Shown: positions 1 through 9,548, counted from the first letter of the stretch. The stretch is DNA of 43,570 nt from Bacteriovoracaceae bacterium (GCA_043759365.1 JAYVNB010000119.1:1-43570), one strand, 5' to 3'. A program made the numbers and translations. The notes: generated from the letters alone by a model not told the origin.

Positions 1-237
1 TGGGCCTATCTCTGGGTCGACAAGACGAAGAAAGAAGGAATCCTTTTCGAGATGATGTGGAGCAACGAGGGAGACTCACCGGTTCCGCGCTTGCAGAAGC
101 TCAAGGACATCTCCCTGACGAAAAACGAGATTCGTGCGGCGGGGGAGTTTGGATCCCTCGATCGGTATCGGATCGACCTGCACAAGAAGGAGATCGAATA
201 CGTGTACTCCGGGGACAACATCTATAAATTTTGGTGA
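1..237 (+). CDS. Hypothetical protein, 5'-truncated by the window edge
   Basis: Frame 1 is open from base 1 (WAYLWVDKTKKEGILFEMM...YKFW) to TGA at 235-237 and converges on the next gene's stop; no recognisable motif. Confidence 0.6.
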   Translation, partial: WAYLWVDKTKKEGILFEMMWSNEGDSPVPRLQKLKDISLTKNEIRAAGEFGSLDRYRIDLHKKEIEYVYSGDNIYKFW

Positions 238-242
238 GCCGC

Positions 243-1748
243 TCACGGTCGTCGATCGAGGTGAATCCGTAGCGCGACTTCCGAAGGAGAAGTGATGCTG
301 ACTCCTGCCACGCGCCGAGGCCCCGATAAGCCTTGGATCTCGATGGCGCGGATCCAGTCGCCTTGGGGCAACGGAACCCGATCGAGCTTCGCTTCCAACT
401 CGAGCCAATTCAAAAGCCTCACGAAGTCGGCCTTCGTCGGATAGGCGCCGATTCCCGTGAGATAAGAGTAACGGAATCTCCCCAGCCTCCAAGCCTGGCG
501 GGCGCGGTAGGAGAAATGCTCCTCATTCCCGGAATTTTCGATCGGATCTCCGGCTAAAAGAGGGTCGAGATTGACCGCTTTTCCATCCCTGAGTCTTCCG
601 ATCAGGATGTATTGACCCTGCCAGTTCGGGACTTGAGCATACATGTCAAAGGCCTGACGCCAGAGAACTCGATCCACCTCACGGGTGATCGCCCCGATTT
701 TTTCTCGAGTGGGAATGGGCACTCGGGTAATTGGACCGGCAACCCCCAGAAAGTTGCCTGCCCAAGAAACCAGCCCTGCGCATCCGATCAGGATGACGAT
801 CGCGCCTTTCGTCCGCAGCCAAGGAGTGCGCACCTTTCGAAGTTGGACCGAAGGCCCCTGCGGAAGCCAGTGGCAGATCATCAGGATCGCGAGGGACCAA
901 GCGATGAAGGTGGTGTGGATGGAAACCATGATCCCGATCGCGAGTGACAAGGCGCCCGCGCATCCGAGTGTCCGAGCGACTTTCGGTCTGAGCACGAGCA
1001 ATACCGGACAAAGGCATTCGATGGCGAGTGCGCCCAGTCCCAACGCGGCGAGGATCGAGTCAGGCCATGTCCTCAGATACTCCGACAAAGGTGTTGAATA
1101 GTGAGCATCGCTGATCGCCAGTGCAAGCGCGCTCCCGTTGAGCCATTCGTGCAAGTTCATTCCTTGGGTGCTGAGAACCTTGTTCCAACCCGCCGTCAGG
1201 AGAAACAGCACCCCCTGGAGGAGGAGGACGCGCGTTGGGATTGAAGCATCGATGAAACCGCTACCGAAGCCTCTCCATTCGAGTTTTCCATTTCGGAACC
1301 CCATCCGAAAGCAGTCCGCACAAGGAGTGAGCGCAAGCCAAAACAAGGTGGCGCCTAGGTAGTCGTATCCATAATGCATGATCATCGCGGGGTATCGGGC
1401 CGCCGCTGTGTAACCGATCGAAGCGATAATCCCGGACCAGACGGGTTTCAAGCCGAGGGAAAAAACCAACGCAGCTATCGAGGAAATGAGCAGGAACCAG
1501 GTCTTTCCGAGGTCGCCTGGAATCCACTGGAGTAGCGAAAAAAAATAGCTTCCCTCGGGTGAAATCAGTCCATGGGAGCCATACCAAAGGTCGAACTCCA
1601 TCAGCCGACAAGCCAGGTCGTAAGCGGTGGTCAAGCCGACCAGGACCCGCGCAAGGGCGAGCATGCGAACGTCTGCACTTAGCCGGGGTATCGGCCTAGG
1701 GGAGGGCCGGTTGGGTTGAACAGAAAGGGATTGATCGACCGAAAGCAA
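243..1748 (-). CDS. HTTM-domain membrane protein (VKGC/SdpB-like), paralog 1
   Basis: About 500 aa with multiple TM segments; DVRMLALARVLVG, LQGVLFLLTAGWNK, WLNGSAL and C-terminal QAFDMYA...GRLRDG match the family pattern. Start codon uncertain (TTG). Confidence 0.8.
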   Translation of the reverse strand: MLSVDQSLSVQPNRPSPRPIPRLSADVRMLALARVLVGLTTAYDLACRLMEFDLWYGSHGLISPEGSYFFSLLQWIPGDLGKTWFLLISSIAALVFSLGLKPVWSGIIASIGYTAAARYPAMIMHYGYDYLGATLFWLALTPCADCFRMGFRNGKLEWRGFGSGFIDASIPTRVLLLQGVLFLLTAGWNKVLSTQGMNLHEWLNGSALALAISDAHYSTPLSEYLRTWPDSILAALGLGALAIECLCPVLLVLRPKVARTLGCAGALSLAIGIMVSIHTTFIAWSLAILMICHWLPQGPSVQLRKVRTPWLRTKGAIVILIGCAGLVSWAGNFLGVAGPITRVPIPTREKIGAITREVDRVLWRQAFDMYAQVPNWQGQYILIGRLRDGKAVNLDPLLAGDPIENSGNEEHFSYRARQAWRLGRFRYSYLTGIGAYPTKADFVRLLNWLELEAKLDRVPLPQGDWIRAIEIQGLSGPRRVAGVSITSPSEVALRIHLDRRP

Positions 1749-1918
1749 GATTCGAGCTCCTTGTCTTGAAAGGAAAGGTGCGTAGGGGTCTATTGAAGTC
1801 TAAGGCCAAGGTGACTCAACCCCCCCATTGATTCAGGAAGCGCGAAGAGTCAGCCGGCAACGAGGGAGACCCGATGTTTTTTGGACGGTTGCCGCAACGC
1901 CTGGGATAGAATCGGGAA

Positions 1919-3373
1919 ATGCGTCTGCGACTAGTTGATCTCAAATCACTGGCGGCCTACCGGATTTTCACGGCGGGCTACCTGCTTTTTGACATCGGTC
2001 TGCGCTGGATCGATGCCCCCTTGGTTAACCATCCCAGTGTACTCGAGCCCGTCCGCCGTGAACTCACTTTCAGCCTTCTGCGCGCAACCGAAAATCTTCA
2101 GACTCTGCCGTTGGTTTGGGCCGCGATCGCGGCCTGTTACGTGCTTTTCCTGATCGGGTTCCGCACCCGGGTCTTCCATGCCCTGAGTCTGGCTGGATTT
2201 TTAAGCCTGCTGAACTACAACAACCACGTCCTATATGAAGGGGACGCGCTGGTTGCTTTCGGCCTCCTTTGGTCCCTCTTCACTCCCACGGGTTCGAAGT
2301 GGAGCATGGACTCCCTCCGGCAACCCGACTCCGCAAAACGGGTCAGGTCCTGGGGAGTGGCTGCTCTCAAGATCCAAGTGTGGGTCATGTATGCAGTGAG
2401 CGCCGCCTGGAAAATCACCAATCCCGATCATGATTGGACCTATGGTACTGCACTTTTTTACGGGTCGCGCTACGACTGCACGGCTTGGGGACTGGCTCCC
2501 TGGATCCAGTCCTTGCCATTTCCCCTGACCCGACTCCTGACCTGGTTCATCTTGGCCGTCTGGTGTGCTGTGCCTTTGATTCTGGTAGGTCGAGTTCGAA
2601 CCGCGGCTCAACGGCGATGGGGGGTCGGGAGTCTGGTCTTCGTCCATGCGCTTCTCTGCAGCACCCTCTACGTAGGAGCGTTTTTTTGGGCGATCCTTCC
2701 CTTGCTACTTTTGTTCTTGGAACCTTCCGATCTGGGGCTTCGAGAAACTGGGAGTGACTCGGGGACTCGAACTGAAGGGGGCTGGCGCTCGACCGCACTG
2801 ATCGCGCTCTTGGCTTACGTGAACTTCTTCACGCTGGCGCAAGTCTACGAGAGTTTGACCCGATCCTGGATTGGCGAAGTGGGTGCTCCCCTTTATTACC
2901 GACTCAAACCCGTCCGGCTCGTGAACTTGAACGCTGCCCTGTTTCCACCGCAATACTGGCGGATCCACGCATTTACGCCTCGGTTCGATACCACTTTCTT
3001 TTTTGAAGGGATTACTCGTGAAGGAAAGTCGATCGACCTGAGTCCACCCTTGAGCTCTTGGACCCGATGGTTCACCTTGACTTCCCCGGGGGGGATCGAC
3101 TGGGTACCCCAACACAACGGAAGGATCTATGATCGGATCGTTTACAACTACCTTTGGAACATGAAGAAGGGTGGAGATGCCAGGGATCGAGCGGCATTCG
3201 GAGAGTGGCTCCGCAACCTGTATCAGATGAAATTTCCAGGTCTCGTACTGGATCGGATCATCTGGCATGATTGGATGGAGGTCACTGCGGCGCCCGGCCT
3301 GCCTCAGCCCGCCGGACTGATCAAGGAGATCGCGCAAACCTGGGATTGGACTCCGAAGGCGGTGTCGAAGTGA
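1919..3373 (+). CDS. HTTM-domain membrane protein, paralog 2
   Basis: DLKSLAAYRIF, WSLFTPTGSKWSMD, QVWVMYAVSAAWK, WTYGTALFY, C-terminal QYWRIHA...GITREG. Confidence 0.85.
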   Translation: MRLRLVDLKSLAAYRIFTAGYLLFDIGLRWIDAPLVNHPSVLEPVRRELTFSLLRATENLQTLPLVWAAIAACYVLFLIGFRTRVFHALSLAGFLSLLNYNNHVLYEGDALVAFGLLWSLFTPTGSKWSMDSLRQPDSAKRVRSWGVAALKIQVWVMYAVSAAWKITNPDHDWTYGTALFYGSRYDCTAWGLAPWIQSLPFPLTRLLTWFILAVWCAVPLILVGRVRTAAQRRWGVGSLVFVHALLCSTLYVGAFFWAILPLLLLFLEPSDLGLRETGSDSGTRTEGGWRSTALIALLAYVNFFTLAQVYESLTRSWIGEVGAPLYYRLKPVRLVNLNAALFPPQYWRIHAFTPRFDTTFFFEGITREGKSIDLSPPLSSWTRWFTLTSPGGIDWVPQHNGRIYDRIVYNYLWNMKKGGDARDRAAFGEWLRNLYQMKFPGLVLDRIIWHDWMEVTAAPGLPQPAGLIKEIAQTWDWTPKAVSK

Positions 3374-4878
3374 AGCAAGGGTCCCACTCCGACCTGGGTC
3401 GATTCTACTTTTCGATCGACGACCGGAGCCTCGCGCTCTTTCGGATCGCGGCGTCGATGGTCCTGATCGAGGATTGGTTTCATCGGTGGATCGATCGCGC
3501 TGCATTTCTCGGGCCTGACTCCGTTCTTCCCGTCGCGTTGAACCCCTCCGCCTCGCTTTTTAACTGGGCTAGCACCCGCACCCAGGTCGATCTCCTGATG
3601 TTGGGTGGGCTGCTCCTTTACCTGGCTTTCGGACTGGGGTGGCGGACCCGGATCGTGCACTGGCTTGTTTTCGCTTTTCAGCTCTCCTTGAGTCATCGAA
3701 ACGACCTGACCAACAATGCAGGGGATTTCATCCTGTCCTGCATGTTGTTCTGGACCGCATTTCTCCCCTGCTCGAATCGTTTCAGCTGGGATGAGAGATC
3801 GGGGCGAGCGGAGGCGCCATCGGTGATCCACGCTTGGGCTGCTTTCGCGGTCTACGGTCAACTGGCTGTGATCTACTTCGCGTCGGCGCTCTCCAAGACG
3901 GGTCAAGCCTGGTCAGATGGAACGGCCCTCTACTATTTCTGGAACATCACTTTCTCGGGTGAGGTGGGGATATTCCTGTCTCGGGTACTTCCACGGTTCG
4001 TCATCGAGACACTCTCGTGCTTCGCGCTGGCGACCGAATTCGTTTGTCCCTTTCTGATCCTGGCGCCCTTCCCTCGCCTGCGCTTCAGGATTCTGGCCTT
4101 TGGGCTTCTGGTTGGAATGCATCTGGGAATCGACCTGACCTTTTTCACAGGCATTTTCCAATATGTCGCGATCGCTGCGCTACTCCCTTTGATCTCGTCC
4201 GAGGATTGGCTCTGGGTGTCCAGAAAGTTGCCAACTCTCGCTCTCCTGGGGGCGCGGGACCTCCGAAGCCCGCCCCAGACCCGATCGTCGCGTCGTACAG
4301 TGCCCTGGCTTGCGCGGTTGAGATGGGCATCACTGGCTCTCTTCATGGGTCTTTGCGGCTACCAGGCAGTCGCCGAAGCGGTGAACTACCGCTCGGGGGC
4401 CGAGACGATTCCTTCCTTGGCGGCTGGTGGCGCTCGTTTGCTTTCAGATCTCCAGCTGACCCAAATTTGGCGGATGTATGCTCCACAGCCCGCCGCATTG
4501 ACGCGTTGGTGGGTGGTTCAAGGGAGCTTTGCCGATGGGAGTCGCAGGGATTTGTTTTCAGGAGCACCGGTTGATCTCAATCGGCCCGTGGACTTGGGGG
4601 GGCGGCAGAGTCGATTCTGGACTCGCTACCTCTATGTGCTCCCTCATTCACCTGACCACGTCGCTCCCTTCCTCGATTATCTCGAGCGCGTTCATTCTGG
4701 GACTGGCCTGACTGGTCTTGAACTGATCTATGTTGAGCAAGTGACCACGCCTCCGGAGACCGGGGTGTCTAATCCGCCGAGAGTTTATTCGCTCATCCAG
4801 CGGGATTTGGTCACACGGACTGATCGCCAGTTGGCTTCGGATCGAGTCATGGATTGGAAGTGGGAGGCGATGAAATGA
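3370..4878 (+). CDS. HTTM-domain membrane protein, paralog 3
   Basis: GTG at 3370 overlaps the upstream TGA (GTGA); DRSLALFRI, WTAFLPCSNRFSWD, QLAVIYFASALSK, WSDGTALYY, QIWRMYAP, GSFADGSRRDL. Confidence 0.85.
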   Translation: MKQGSHSDLGRFYFSIDDRSLALFRIAASMVLIEDWFHRWIDRAAFLGPDSVLPVALNPSASLFNWASTRTQVDLLMLGGLLLYLAFGLGWRTRIVHWLVFAFQLSLSHRNDLTNNAGDFILSCMLFWTAFLPCSNRFSWDERSGRAEAPSVIHAWAAFAVYGQLAVIYFASALSKTGQAWSDGTALYYFWNITFSGEVGIFLSRVLPRFVIETLSCFALATEFVCPFLILAPFPRLRFRILAFGLLVGMHLGIDLTFFTGIFQYVAIAALLPLISSEDWLWVSRKLPTLALLGARDLRSPPQTRSSRRTVPWLARLRWASLALFMGLCGYQAVAEAVNYRSGAETIPSLAAGGARLLSDLQLTQIWRMYAPQPAALTRWWVVQGSFADGSRRDLFSGAPVDLNRPVDLGGRQSRFWTRYLYVLPHSPDHVAPFLDYLERVHSGTGLTGLELIYVEQVTTPPETGVSNPPRVYSLIQRDLVTRTDRQLASDRVMDWKWEAMK

Positions 4879-6389
4879 TTCGCAAGTGGATGCGTATCGA
4901 TTTGAGGTCCCTGGGTTTTTTCCGAATCCTCGTTTCGCTACTTCTGCTTCTCGACCTGTTGCGAAGGTGGGAAGTGAAGGAGTTGTTTTACGGTCCCGGT
5001 TCGGCGGGTGAGCTGGATTACTTCCGAGATTGGAGCTTTAGCCTTTTTCACGGGATCGTCTCGGACTGGCTCTTCGGCTACGCTTTGTTCGCCTGCTTCG
5101 TTTCCTATTTCTGCCTTTTGATCGGCTACAGGACCCGGGCCGCCACCGTGGTCTCCTGGGTCCTGTTCACCAGCTTGTTTCGTTATAATCACGCTTTGAT
5201 TCACGGCGGGCACATGCTCCTGTCGGCCTTCTTAATGTGGGCGTGCTTCCTTCCTTGGGGGGATCAGTTCAGTGTCGACGCCCGAAGGCCGCCGCGTGCG
5301 GCGAGTCCTTCGATGGGGAGTCCACCGCATGTGGCTATCCTCCTGATTCAGATGCAATATATCTTAGTCTACTTCAGCTCCTTTCTCGCCAAGACCCTCT
5401 ACCATCCACTCCTGCCTCCCGGAACGACCAACGACTGGATCGTCGGAACCGCCTGGTATTACGCCATGAACTACCGAACAGTGGCAGACGGCTTGGCGCC
5501 GTGGTTTGTGAGGACTCTTCCGACCTGGGCATTCTACGTGATGAATTACAGTGTCCTCGCGTTCGAGGGCTTCGGAGCGCTGCTCTTGCTCTCGACGAAC
5601 CCTCGACTTCGGAGGTCAGCACTCCTGATCGGAGTCGGATTCTCCATCGGCACGATGATGACCCTGTATGTCGGGGATATCGCCCGGATCATGTGCGCCG
5701 GAACTTTCCTTTTCGTGCGGACGGAGGATTGGGATTGGATTTTCGGGCGCTTGGGGCTCAATCCACGAAAAGGTGCCGCTCCCGTCGAGACCGCGAGTCA
5801 CCACCGGAACAACCAATGGAAAGACGCCTCCCAGTGGATTGCGCTGTTCCTGGGCTATTCGAATTTCTGGATGGTCTGCGACCAGTTCCGGGTGCAGCCT
5901 TTGCCGACTGTCTTTAGGCCTGAGGAGGCGATTCGACTTCAGCGGATCGTCGCGTTCGACCAAAATTGGGATTATTTCTGGAATGGTCCCCGCATCGATC
6001 ACTCTTTCGCGTTCTTCGGGATTCTCGACAATGGGACCGAGATCAGTTTGGAGGAGGCTTTTCGCGGAGGAAGCGCGTGGGACGGATTGCGTGCGCCCGC
6101 TCCAGCCACCCGCGCTCCGATCGATGGAGTCGTCACCTACTACGGCCTTCTCAGGTTTCGGTACCTGGATGCATTCTTCAACTTCGGTCAATCTCGCCCC
6201 GGCGAGACCTGGCCAGTGAATTTGGTTAAACTCTCGCGGTATTTGAAGGCCAAGTACGAGTCCCGGTTCGCAATCCACCTCACTTCGATCCGGGTCGAGC
6301 GGATCGATCGGTTCACGCCGCCGATCGACCATCGGATGGAGAGTTTGGGGCCAGGGACCGTCGGTGCCAGCTACTCCTGGAAGTACTGA
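4875..6389 (+). CDS. HTTM-domain membrane protein, paralog 4
   Basis: ATGA overlap at 4875-4878 with GGAGG RBS at 4863-4867; DLRSLGFFRI, WACFLPWGDQFSVD, QYILVYFSSFLAK, WIVGTAWYY, QNWDYF, GILDNG. Confidence 0.85.
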   Translation: MIRKWMRIDLRSLGFFRILVSLLLLLDLLRRWEVKELFYGPGSAGELDYFRDWSFSLFHGIVSDWLFGYALFACFVSYFCLLIGYRTRAATVVSWVLFTSLFRYNHALIHGGHMLLSAFLMWACFLPWGDQFSVDARRPPRAASPSMGSPPHVAILLIQMQYILVYFSSFLAKTLYHPLLPPGTTNDWIVGTAWYYAMNYRTVADGLAPWFVRTLPTWAFYVMNYSVLAFEGFGALLLLSTNPRLRRSALLIGVGFSIGTMMTLYVGDIARIMCAGTFLFVRTEDWDWIFGRLGLNPRKGAAPVETASHHRNNQWKDASQWIALFLGYSNFWMVCDQFRVQPLPTVFRPEEAIRLQRIVAFDQNWDYFWNGPRIDHSFAFFGILDNGTEISLEEAFRGGSAWDGLRAPAPATRAPIDGVVTYYGLLRFRYLDAFFNFGQSRPGETWPVNLVKLSRYLKAKYESRFAIHLTSIRVERIDRFTPPIDHRMESLGPGTVGASYSWKY

Positions 6390-6396
6390 TCTCGTT

Positions 6397-7860
6397 TCAA
6401 GGTTCTGAAATGAGGTTGTTCCGGTTGTCCCGATAGGTGTGATTGAGAATTTGAATCCGAGGTGATTCGACGATCTCGCCGCGAAAATCCAGGGGAGGGA
6501 TTTTTGTATCGATTTGAAAGATATCGACGGCCTCCAGCCTCGGATCATCCCTCATGAATTTCGAGGCCAATCCCTTCGCCAAGCGGTTCGAAGAGGACCC
6601 GGACAATCGGGGCGCGTAGTCGTTGAAGAGACTCGGATACCGCGTGGCCGCATCCCTGGGCTCGATGAGGGAGAGCATGGGTCCGCCTTTGAGGAGATCG
6701 ACGGGATGATCGGATGCGCCTTTGAAGCTGCCACGCACTCCGATGTACGGACGAGTCGTGGGGAGACTCCTGAACATGTCCCATCTTTGGGAAAAAAGGT
6801 CCTGCACGAAAGGGCAGCCAGCGATCGGACCTAGGATTCGTGGCCAGACATCGCCGAGGGGAGACTGGTTTTGCGTCGAATAGGTTCGGAGGACATTTTG
6901 ATTCAGAGCGCTCAACCCGAAGATCGCGCACACCGCGATCGACAAATTTCTCCAGACACGGCCCGTGGCAGTCGGGCAGGTGAGAAAGCCAGGCGCTGCA
7001 GGCAGGGGCAACGTGAGAAAAAGGCAGGTGATCATGGTCCAGCAAAACCGGTTCAGTTGGAGAAAAGGGGAGAGTGCCAGATGAAAAGCGATGAGGCAGC
7101 AGCCTCCCCAGGTGAGGAGGTTCCGCGCGAATCGTTGGCGAGCTTCCTGGGGTGAATGGATCCAGGCGGCGCCGAAAGCCAGGCAGAGTCCGCCTCCCCA
7201 CTCGACGGCGAGCGAGCCATAGGTCATTCCTCGAATCAGGGATGCCGGCAGCACTTCCGAGAGCTTCCTTCCGAGTTCGGTTCCATTTCGAGATTGGAGT
7301 GCGAGGTAAGTGGCACTCCCGTCTCGCCATGCGGAATTCGACAGCTTGGCGAGTGCGGCCCCGCAGTAAATGAAGGCGAGTTGCGCGAGGACCAAAGAGC
7401 CGGGAGCGGGCCGATAGACAGCGAGGCGAGCTTTTCCTCGCCAGCGGTCCCAAGACCAGGCCCGATTCAGTGGCAAGGGAAGCGTCAGTACGAGAAAAAG
7501 GGTTTCGACATGCGTGCTCGCGTTCGAGTGGAGCCACGCTCGGGCATTGAGCCCGATGTGGATGAGGATCATCAAGACTTGTGTCCCGCGGGTCCATGCG
7601 CCGACCGTGAAGCCGATCGTCGCTATCGCCATCATCCCAAGCATCCATTGCCAGGCGAAGCGGCTTGGGATCGCATCGTACCAGACGGGGGCGAGGCCGA
7701 CTCCTTCGAGCGCGGAGCCTGGGCCGATCAGGATCCCAAGGGATTCGAACTTGTCCCGAAGGTCGAGAAGCAAGACGAAGCCCATGCCGATCCGGAACGC
7801 AGCCAGACTTCGATCGGGGATTCGGGAGAGCGAGGTCGATGCCTGCATGGAGTCGGACAT
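6397..7860 (-). CDS. HTTM-domain membrane protein, paralog 5
   Basis: DRSLAAFRIGMG, LPLNRAWSWD, QLAFIYCGAALAK, WRDGSATY, QRWDMF. Start at 7884, 7860 or 7848. Confidence 0.85.
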   Translation of the reverse strand: MSDSMQASTSLSRIPDRSLAAFRIGMGFVLLLDLRDKFESLGILIGPGSALEGVGLAPVWYDAIPSRFAWQWMLGMMAIATIGFTVGAWTRGTQVLMILIHIGLNARAWLHSNASTHVETLFLVLTLPLPLNRAWSWDRWRGKARLAVYRPAPGSLVLAQLAFIYCGAALAKLSNSAWRDGSATYLALQSRNGTELGRKLSEVLPASLIRGMTYGSLAVEWGGGLCLAFGAAWIHSPQEARQRFARNLLTWGGCCLIAFHLALSPFLQLNRFCWTMITCLFLTLPLPAAPGFLTCPTATGRVWRNLSIAVCAIFGLSALNQNVLRTYSTQNQSPLGDVWPRILGPIAGCPFVQDLFSQRWDMFRSLPTTRPYIGVRGSFKGASDHPVDLLKGGPMLSLIEPRDAATRYPSLFNDYAPRLSGSSSNRLAKGLASKFMRDDPRLEAVDIFQIDTKIPPLDFRGEIVESPRIQILNHTYRDNRNNLISEP

Positions 7861-7932
7861 GGGTCTTCGGACAGTATGAACCAAACTGACTCCCGTCGGA
7901 AGGGATGGAGTTCCTGATCGCCTCGGCTTAGA

Positions 7933-9132
7933 ATGAGCTTCGTGTCGTCACCCTCGAAAGCCCGCTTCGCATGGATCGCCCTTCTGGTTTCAGTGTCCTG
8001 GGGAACCGGTCTTCCTCCGGCGACTGCAGGAGAGAAGGTCCAAGGCAAGAGCTTGGGCATCAAGCGTTCCAAAGCGATCGAGGCCTTGAGTCGCGCCCAA
8101 TGGCCGTTGGACGAGGCCTCGTTTTTCAGAGCCGTCCGTGAAAGACGGGTGGAGATCGTCCAGCAATACCTGGATGCGGGATTGAGTCCGGAGTCCGTCG
8201 ATCAGGGCAAGCCCGTCGTCTTTCTCGCAATCGCTCGACGCAGCAATGCTCTCTTGAAGGTCATCCTGGCTCGCAAGCCCCGTTTGGACGTGCTGGACGA
8301 TCTTGGGCAGACCCCTCTCATCTTGGCGACCAAGCTGGGGGAGATCGAAATGGTGAAAGCGCTCCTCAAAGCCGGCGTTAAAATGGATGCGGCTGATCCG
8401 GGTGGCCGAACTCCCATTTTTTTTACTGCGGCCGCAGGCCAGATTCATCTGCTCAAGTGGTTTCTGTCTCAAAGGGCGCATTGGGCGGGTTTTGCGCAGT
8501 GGGAGGGTCGTTCGAGGTCCATCCTGGAAGTAGCGGCATCAGAAGGGCAGCCCTGGTCGCTTGAAGTCCTTCTCAAGGCGGGTCTTGATCCGAATCTGAA
8601 ACCCTCCGCCGACGCAGAGGGTACGACCCCCTTGATGGCAGCGGTCTCAGCCGGAGTACCCGAAGCGGTTCAAGTGCTGCTTCGGGCGGGCGCTCATCCC
8701 TCAGCCTTGGACAAAAAAGGCAGGAACGCGCTTTTCTACCTGACTTCCCGGGGTAAGAGCGACTCACCTGCCAAAATCATCCCTCTCCTGACGAAAGCCG
8801 GGCTCTCGCTGGAGAGCCGGGATGCGACGGGCGATACGCCGTTGACCGCATCCATACGGGAGCTGCAGCCGATCGAGGTGCAGGAGGAGTTCCTGAGGGC
8901 AGGAGCGTCGACTGAGTATTCCGAGGAGGGACGGAATGGGCCACTTCAGCTCGCAGTCCGGATAGAACAGATCGATATCGTCGAGGCGCTTTTAAGGGCC
9001 GGTGCCAACCCCGTTGCGAAGGATGGCGCGCACGATTCGGCTCTCGCCATCGGATTGTTTCAAAAGCCGTTCCTATTCACTCTCAACTTCGCGCTTCTCA
9101 GGTCATGGATGAAAGGCGCTTACAGGCATTGA
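7933..9132 (+). CDS. Exported ankyrin-repeat protein
   Basis: Signal-peptide-like N-terminus followed by repeated ankyrin motifs (GQTPLILA, GRTPIFFTA, GTTPLMAA, GDTPLTAS, LLRAGA). Confidence 0.9.
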   Translation: MSFVSSPSKARFAWIALLVSVSWGTGLPPATAGEKVQGKSLGIKRSKAIEALSRAQWPLDEASFFRAVRERRVEIVQQYLDAGLSPESVDQGKPVVFLAIARRSNALLKVILARKPRLDVLDDLGQTPLILATKLGEIEMVKALLKAGVKMDAADPGGRTPIFFTAAAGQIHLLKWFLSQRAHWAGFAQWEGRSRSILEVAASEGQPWSLEVLLKAGLDPNLKPSADAEGTTPLMAAVSAGVPEAVQVLLRAGAHPSALDKKGRNALFYLTSRGKSDSPAKIIPLLTKAGLSLESRDATGDTPLTASIRELQPIEVQEEFLRAGASTEYSEEGRNGPLQLAVRIEQIDIVEALLRAGANPVAKDGAHDSALAIGLFQKPFLFTLNFALLRSWMKGAYRH

Positions 9133-9467
9133 AGCTCAGGTGATGGAACCCCTGCCGGGCAGCACCAGCACTCCTTGCCGATTCCGGCATCGGCCAATCG
9201 CGTGCCTCCACGGGCTTTCGCCAAGACACCGCAGCTGAAATCCGCTGCGCGCCCGCAATCCCCCTCCACCCAGCCCACTTCAAATCCCTGACGACAGCGG
9301 CAGGGCACCGTCCGGAGTGGGTGAACCGCTTGCTCCAAGACCGGGTCACGCCGAGGGCGGTGGAGAGGTGAGGTGCTGTAGATGAAGATTCCCGCGGCGA
9401 TCAGGACTCCTATGATGAGAGGAAGCAAAGGCTTCCAAGTCGATTCCGAAGGGCTTTTTTGGGTCAT
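9120..9467 (-). CDS. Small membrane-anchored Cys-rich protein
   Basis: One TM helix (LLPLIIGVLIAAGIFIY) then a domain with 8 Cys; same strand as and just downstream of the pilin-like gene. Alternative start at 9482. Confidence 0.6.
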   Translation of the reverse strand: MTQKSPSESTWKPLLPLIIGVLIAAGIFIYSTSPLHRPRRDPVLEQAVHPLRTVPCRCRQGFEVGWVEGDCGRAADFSCGVLAKARGGTRLADAGIGKECWCCPAGVPSPELQCL

Positions 9468-9548
9468 GGGATCTTGCTGCAAGCGTGTTTCTTCCAGGGG
9501 GAGTTAAGGGGTCGAGGGGGGGGCAAGTCCGATCGATGGAGCTCTCGT

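Noticed and set aside
1855-1894. CGGCAAC...GTTGCCG inverted repeat as a GEMM-I (c-di-GMP/cGAMP) riboswitch
   Set aside because: Too short, and lacks the GNRA-tetraloop P2 and the GACGCAAAGC-like core.
1909-1920. 12-mer GAATCGGGAAAT also present inverted at 11443-11454
   Set aside because: A 12-bp match is expected by chance in a window this size, and there is no third copy.
3271-3369. N-terminal extension of HTTM paralog 3 in the ORF track
   Set aside because: It overlaps paralog 2 by about 100 nt; the GTGA-coupled start at 3370 matches paralog lengths better.
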